From NCBI GenBank assembly GCA_965147105.1, contig CBCTIZ010000012.1, forward strand, positions 52 through 64,051: a DNA stretch of 64,000 nt, read 5' to 3'. The notes beneath the pieces were generated by a model. That model had not been told where the DNA came from. It ran no database searches and saw nothing but the letters and a program-made list of their open reading frames with translations. A program made the position numbers and the translations under genes. This DNA comes from an uncultured Collinsella sp. Its GTDB lineage: Bacteria > Actinomycetota > Coriobacteriia > Coriobacteriales > Coriobacteriaceae. Positions within the stretch are counted from its first letter, which is position 1; every line of letters starts with the position of its first letter. Of this stretch, positions 59,863 to 64,000 are shown one piece after another.

Positions 59863-60163
59863 ATGCGTCCAAAGTGGGACGGGCTTTCCGGATGGGCAGG
59901 CTTTCGAAAAATGCGTCCCGGAATTTGCGCTCAAAGTGGGATGCGGTTTCCGGTTGAGGGTCTAAGGGGAAAGTGCGTCCCAGAATCGACGCTTGAAATG
60001 GGATGCAGTTTCCCGATGAGGCACTCGACGGAAAATACATCCCAGAAATGGCCTTTGAGCTGGGATAAGATTTCCGCGGCATCTCGGATTCTCAAAAATG
60101 AGACACGCCGTTGGCGAAAATGAGACACGTGATATCGGGCATCGGACGTATCATTTGTAAAAA
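59863..60163 (+). repeat. Degenerate tandem repeat: one short unit, three full ~62-63 bp units, and short partial units
   Basis: Units start at 59863, 59911, 59974, 60036, 60099 and 60121. Each begins TGCGTCCC / TACATCCC / TGAGACAC and ends in an A-run. The full units contain a GCGTCCC(A)...TGGGATGC hairpin. Units 2 and 3 match at about three quarters of positions by hand alignment. Confidence 0.8.
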
Positions 60164-60198
60164 TGAGTCCACTCCACTCGAATAAAGCGAGGTCCCTC

Positions 60199-63100
60199 AT
60201 GTACGTTCCACACCCCCGTATCCGTAGGCTGTCGAAAATCCCGCTTGTTGGGACGGCGGCGCTTGCTGCGTTGATCGCCACGAGCGTCGCCTGCTTCACG
60301 GCCACGCCCCAGGTTGCCCAGGCGGCAGACGCGCCCGCAATCACCGATATGACCGAGCAGGATTATCAAGCCCTGGGTCTGGGCACGAGCGAGGACATTC
60401 CGGCCGATACCGTTGGCCCCTATTCCACTGATACCCCCACGACGTTTGCCACGCGCAGCGAGGTCTATATGGCAGCTAACGGTAGCCATGGCAATCGCTA
60501 CACTCTGCGCGACAAGCTCGAGAACGTCGAGCGCGGTGACATTGGCGGCAGCAGCAAACTCTTCGATGGCTATGGAAGTGTGTGGGGCGCCGCAAAGTTC
60601 TGGCAAAACGTCAACAACTTCGATACGAACAGCGATCTCTACAAGCATAGCGACTACGGTGGCGGCACCTGGTCGTACCTAAGCAACAATGAGTCCTCAA
60701 CAGTACTCGCCAACGACAACAACGGTTTCTCGGGCATTCACGCCACGAGTGTTGAGTTCTGCAGCGACGCCAGCACGGGCAAAAAGAGCCGCGTTGCCGA
60801 GCTCCGTGCCTACGGCGACAGTTCCTCCACGACGATTGACGGCAAGTCATACGCCGGAAAGGTTGAGCTGGTCCTCTACTCGTTTAGCAACGGGCGTACG
60901 CGCACTCTCGACACACACCTGCCGGTGACGGTCAACACTAATATGATGTACGAAGGCCGTTTTAAGTACCTGGATGCCGGTTACCTGCAAGAGCACGACG
61001 CCGTCTTTGATGTCGAGGCGGGCGATGTCGATGGCGACGGCGTCGACGAGCTTTTTGTCTACGCGGGCTGCTATGTCGACGAGAACGGCGTGCGCAAGGC
61101 TGTAGTCGACATGTATGACTTGGAGGGCGGCAACTGGAAGCAAAGCGTCGTCAAGATCGATGCCGGTAACGCCGCGGACTACACCACGCACAACAAGGGC
61201 GGGAACGACTCCTGGACGCAGCTTCAGTCAGCTCCTGTCGTTTCGCTAGCGGCCGGCGACCTCGATCGCGATTTTTGCGATGACCTCGCCATCGTGGTCT
61301 CGGCACCCTACGGCAAGAAGAATATTGATAAGTCGACGCATTGCGAGCTGTTTTCGTGGGATGCATCCAAGGGTGCGCTCGTCCATGTCGATGCTCTGGG
61401 CGACGCGGGCGCAATCTCCCTCTCCGCGAACGGCAAGACCATGGTCGCTGCGAATGCGACGTTCGGCACGTTTGCCGCCTACGATGAAGAAGGAAAGAAG
61501 ACGGGTGAAACCGTCACGGGCCTTATTCTTGCGGGCTATGACTGGCAACGCAGCGCTTTTGATTACGGCGCTTCTGACGGCAGCAAGGGGCTGTACGGCG
61601 CGCTGTACCGCTACGCGTATTTTGACTCGGAGTCTGGCGAGTTCAAGCTTTCCGATTGTAAGGAATACAGAGACGGGCTCCTCGCCTCCTATGGGCTGAT
61701 GCATGTGCCCAACAGCGCATGGAAGGATAGCGCTCAGGATAAGCGCTATCCGTGCACCCTGGCGCCTATTGCCCTTGCCACTGCCAACCTTGACGGCCTG
61801 TCCGAGCAGCTGACGGTTGACGAGGTGCTCGTGGGCGGCGATGTGTTCCGCGACTTTGCCTGCAACACGGCACAGAGCGGGGCTCAGGGCTTGGGGTCCA
61901 TGGTCGGAACCATGAGCATGAGCGGTCAGCAATACAACAGCAGCAACAAGCATGACCACAAGGGTATAGAGCAGGTGTGGATTAGCGACGTCAAGGCGGG
62001 CAGCGTCTCGGGTTCGGACCGCTATAACGAGAGCTTTATCGCCGTGGTGGGCAAGCACCGCGACGAGGACCTGCGCAAGAACGATGACTACTATTGGATG
62101 ACCGCCTCGCATTTTTCGCTCGACGAGAACGGAAAGGTGCGCCGCGGCGAGGAGCAGGTGATTAGCGAGAGCAACCGTCGCGGCACTACCTACGGCACAT
62201 TTATCTCGCTCGCGCTGCCCGATGTCGACAACGACAGCGTCAAGATCACGTACAAGGACCGCTACAAGGTCTATACCAACCCGCGCGTGCTTGCCGTGCT
62301 GCAGGATGCGCCCTATGTTGAGGATCTGGAGCAGGCATACGGCTATCTGGTGTTGGGCGGCACGTCATACGGCGAGGGAAAGGGCACGGGGACATCCCAG
62401 GGCTATACCATTGGCGCCGAGTTGGGCGTTGCCGTCGAGGTGCAGACCGGTCCGCCCCTGGTCGCGATTAATGCTTCAGTCGATTTTGCCGCCGAGGGAT
62501 GCTATGACTACCGGAGCGAGCGCACAGTGAGCGCCAGCGTAAGTTATGAGTCGCATGCCGGCGAAGGCGACAAGGCCGTGCTCTACACGATTCCGATGGT
62601 CTATTACGAGTATGAGATCGAAAATGAGGAAACTGGTGGCAAGGGCGTGATGGCGGCGCCCGTGTCGCTCGGCGCGCAGACCTCGGTCGTTAATGTCGAG
62701 GCCTATGACCGCATTGCCAAACAGCACAATATGACGCCGCTCAGCTACTTTTTGACCAACCGGTCGGGAGAACCCGGAACCTATCAAACGACGCTCAGCG
62801 GCGAGACTCCCGTTGGGGATTCCTTTGGCCTGGGCAAGCCTGGCGTGACGCGCGCCTACACGCACGATGGGTTTAACGGCGCCGTCGCGCAGTCGGGAGC
62901 GAGCATTGAGCAGACCATCGAAGTCGAGGAGGGCAAGGAGCAGGAGCTCGAGCTCGGCTTGACGCTGAACGGCAGCGTTGTCATGGGCGCGAAGCTCGCA
63001 AAGCACGAGTTGTTTGGCGGCCTGTGCTTTGGTGCCAACGCCGGCTTTACTACGGGTAACTCCTCGAGTGAATCGACCGAATACGGCGGCACCGTCGACA

Positions 63101-64000
63101 ACCTGCCCGAGGCCGCGCAGGGCAAGTACGGTTTTGTGTGGCGTCTGGGCGTCAACGCGGTGGATGTCGACAAGTTCGAGGCAGACTCGGGCGACAAGCT
63201 CGGCACCAAGGACACCGACCAGTTCTGGATCGTGGGCTATGACGTTAAGGACGTCGAGATGCCCGACGCGCCGGCCGTGACGGGCTTTACGGCAAACGCC
63301 GTCGATTCGACCAGCGTTACGTTTAGCTGGGACGATGTGCTCGCAAACAAGAGTGGCTTTAGCTACGGCGTGGGCATGCTGCAGAGCAATGCGGCGGATG
63401 CGGTCGTCAATAGCTGGAAGATTGCCGACAACACGCAGACCTCGCTCAAGTGGGATGGGCTGCAGCCCAATACGGAGTATCGATTCGCCATCGCCGCCGT
63501 TAAGAATGGATCCACGACCGAAACAGGTATTCGCTCGGCAATCATCACGGTCAAGACCATGCCCGATGGCATGATGATGACCGTGAGCGGACCTGCGGCG
63601 GATGCTGCGGAGGGGTCGGATCTTGGATACGACTCTTCGGTTGAGCGCACGGCGGGAAGCCACCTGACGCTCTCGGCGATTGGCCATGTGAAGCAACTCG
63701 GTGCCGACGATAGCGAAACAGGGCTGGCACCGACCTATATGTGGTACCGCAAGGGCCGCGGCGAGACAGAGTTTAAGCTCGTGGGTGCCGATGGCAACCT
63801 CGCGGCTGGAACGGCCTCAAAGCTCGAGATTGACCTGACCGCAGACGATGACGGTGCGCAGTATTACTGCCACGTGGGATACAACGACGTGGGCCTCGAC
63901 ACCGGCACGACGCTCGTGAATATCGAGGCCGAGGAGACGGCGCCCACAACGGTGAACGCCACCCCGATCCGCACGCGCCGCCTGTTCTCACAGGCAAGTG
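60199..64000 (+). CDS. Very large secreted surface protein (5' partial, >1267 aa) with FG-GAP/VCBS-like, FN3 and Ig-like modules
   Basis: I translated frame 1 from ATG 60199 by hand to the window end and met no stop. Signal peptide MYVPHPRIRRLSKIPLVGTAALAALIATSVACFTATPQVAQA|AD. Calcium-type loops DVDGDGVDELFVY and AAGDLDRDFCDDLAIV. FN3 at about 63261-63560 (...SVTFSWDD...LQPNTEYRFAIAAV...). Ig-like at about 63640-63930 (...DDGAQYYCHV...). It is absent from the ORF track because it has no stop inside the window. Confidence 0.85.
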   Translation, partial: MYVPHPRIRRLSKIPLVGTAALAALIATSVACFTATPQVAQAADAPAITDMTEQDYQALGLGTSEDIPADTVGPYSTDTPTTFATRSEVYMAANGSHGNRYTLRDKLENVERGDIGGSSKLFDGYGSVWGAAKFWQNVNNFDTNSDLYKHSDYGGGTWSYLSNNESSTVLANDNNGFSGIHATSVEFCSDASTGKKSRVAELRAYGDSSSTTIDGKSYAGKVELVLYSFSNGRTRTLDTHLPVTVNTNMMYEGRFKYLDAGYLQEHDAVFDVEAGDVDGDGVDELFVYAGCYVDENGVRKAVVDMYDLEGGNWKQSVVKIDAGNAADYTTHNKGGNDSWTQLQSAPVVSLAAGDLDRDFCDDLAIVVSAPYGKKNIDKSTHCELFSWDASKGALVHVDALGDAGAISLSANGKTMVAANATFGTFAAYDEEGKKTGETVTGLILAGYDWQRSAFDYGASDGSKGLYGALYRYAYFDSESGEFKLSDCKEYRDGLLASYGLMHVPNSAWKDSAQDKRYPCTLAPIALATANLDGLSEQLTVDEVLVGGDVFRDFACNTAQSGAQGLGSMVGTMSMSGQQYNSSNKHDHKGIEQVWISDVKAGSVSGSDRYNESFIAVVGKHRDEDLRKNDDYYWMTASHFSLDENGKVRRGEEQVISESNRRGTTYGTFISLALPDVDNDSVKITYKDRYKVYTNPRVLAVLQDAPYVEDLEQAYGYLVLGGTSYGEGKGTGTSQGYTIGAELGVAVEVQTGPPLVAINASVDFAAEGCYDYRSERTVSASVSYESHAGEGDKAVLYTIPMVYYEYEIENEETGGKGVMAAPVSLGAQTSVVNVEAYDRIAKQHNMTPLSYFLTNRSGEPGTYQTTLSGETPVGDSFGLGKPGVTRAYTHDGFNGAVAQSGASIEQTIEVEEGKEQELELGLTLNGSVVMGAKLAKHELFGGLCFGANAGFTTGNSSSESTEYGGTVDNLPEAAQGKYGFVWRLGVNAVDVDKFEADSGDKLGTKDTDQFWIVGYDVKDVEMPDAPAVTGFTANAVDSTSVTFSWDDVLANKSGFSYGVGMLQSNAADAVVNSWKIADNTQTSLKWDGLQPNTEYRFAIAAVKNGSTTETGIRSAIITVKTMPDGMMMTVSGPAADAAEGSDLGYDSSVERTAGSHLTLSAIGHVKQLGADDSETGLAPTYMWYRKGRGETEFKLVGADGNLAAGTASKLEIDLTADDDGAQYYCHVGYNDVGLDTGTTLVNIEAEETAPTTVNATPIRTRRLFSQAS

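Noticed and set aside
59863-60163. CRISPR array
   Set aside because: The units are contiguous and degenerate, with no unique spacers between conserved repeats. No cas genes or leader lie nearby.
60151-63696. Minus-strand ORFs of 165, 114, 288 and 406 aa and short plus-strand ORFs in other frames
   Set aside because: They all overlap the 3.8-kb open frame 1 on the plus strand, which has a signal peptide and recognisable FN3/FG-GAP/Ig motifs.
1-64000. Mobile genetic elements, prophage, defence islands, toxin-antitoxin pairs, biosynthetic gene clusters
   Set aside because: I found no transposase, integrase, phage structural, restriction-modification, Cas, reverse transcriptase, TA-like small gene pair or PKS/NRPS signature in any frame. 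Apart from the small repeat modules listed above, the window is ordinary core chromosome.

Overview
GC-rich chromosomal segment of a Gram-positive bacterium. Gene content suggests an actinobacterial, Coriobacteriia-like gut anaerobe (LPXTG protein, several PTS loci, split transketolase, tilS-hpt-ftsH cluster, tRNA-Ser/tadA/SRP-RNA synteny); this placement is inference only. I support about 50 protein genes, one tRNA-Ser(UGA) and a small SRP RNA. The genes include tilS-hpt-ftsH, Hsp20, an amino-acid ABC importer, an EF-G paralogue, two fructose-family PTS sugar loci, glmS, cysE, ilvE, two heterodimeric ABC exporter pairs, and LacI/GntR/MarR/TetR/PRD regulators. The very long minus-strand ORFs in the track (antisense to ftsH, the PTS locus, glmS and the ABC exporters) are GC-driven artefacts. 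I see no IS element, prophage, CRISPR array, toxin-antitoxin pair or recognisable defence system, and I cannot honestly name a new protein-based system here. What ordinary annotation does not explain is mostly non-coding. (1) A family of 95-137 bp elements at 10.6, 49.3, 53.7 and 59.7 kb has 27-34 bp self-complementary arms around a conserved core, with compensatory substitutions between copies. (2) A 51-bp hairpin repeat occurs four times between 30.9 and 36.6 kb; it brackets glmS and supplies the stop codon of two genes. (3) An AT-rich ORF-poor module (30.93-31.36 kb) carries nine TTAGAGAG/CTCTCTAA boxes and a 31/32 palindrome. (4) Three full ~62-bp units plus partial ones form a degenerate tandem hairpin repeat just upstream of a >1267-aa secreted FG-GAP/FN3/Ig-like protein. 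That protein is missing from the supplied ORF track because it runs off the window. Coding oddities are a TadA-glycerate kinase fusion ORF, an EF-G paralogue with degenerate G3/G4 motifs, an NtrC-type regulator with a degenerate Walker A, and a PTS/C-S-lyase/M20-dipeptidase locus. All functional calls come from motif recognition by eye; no database search was run.
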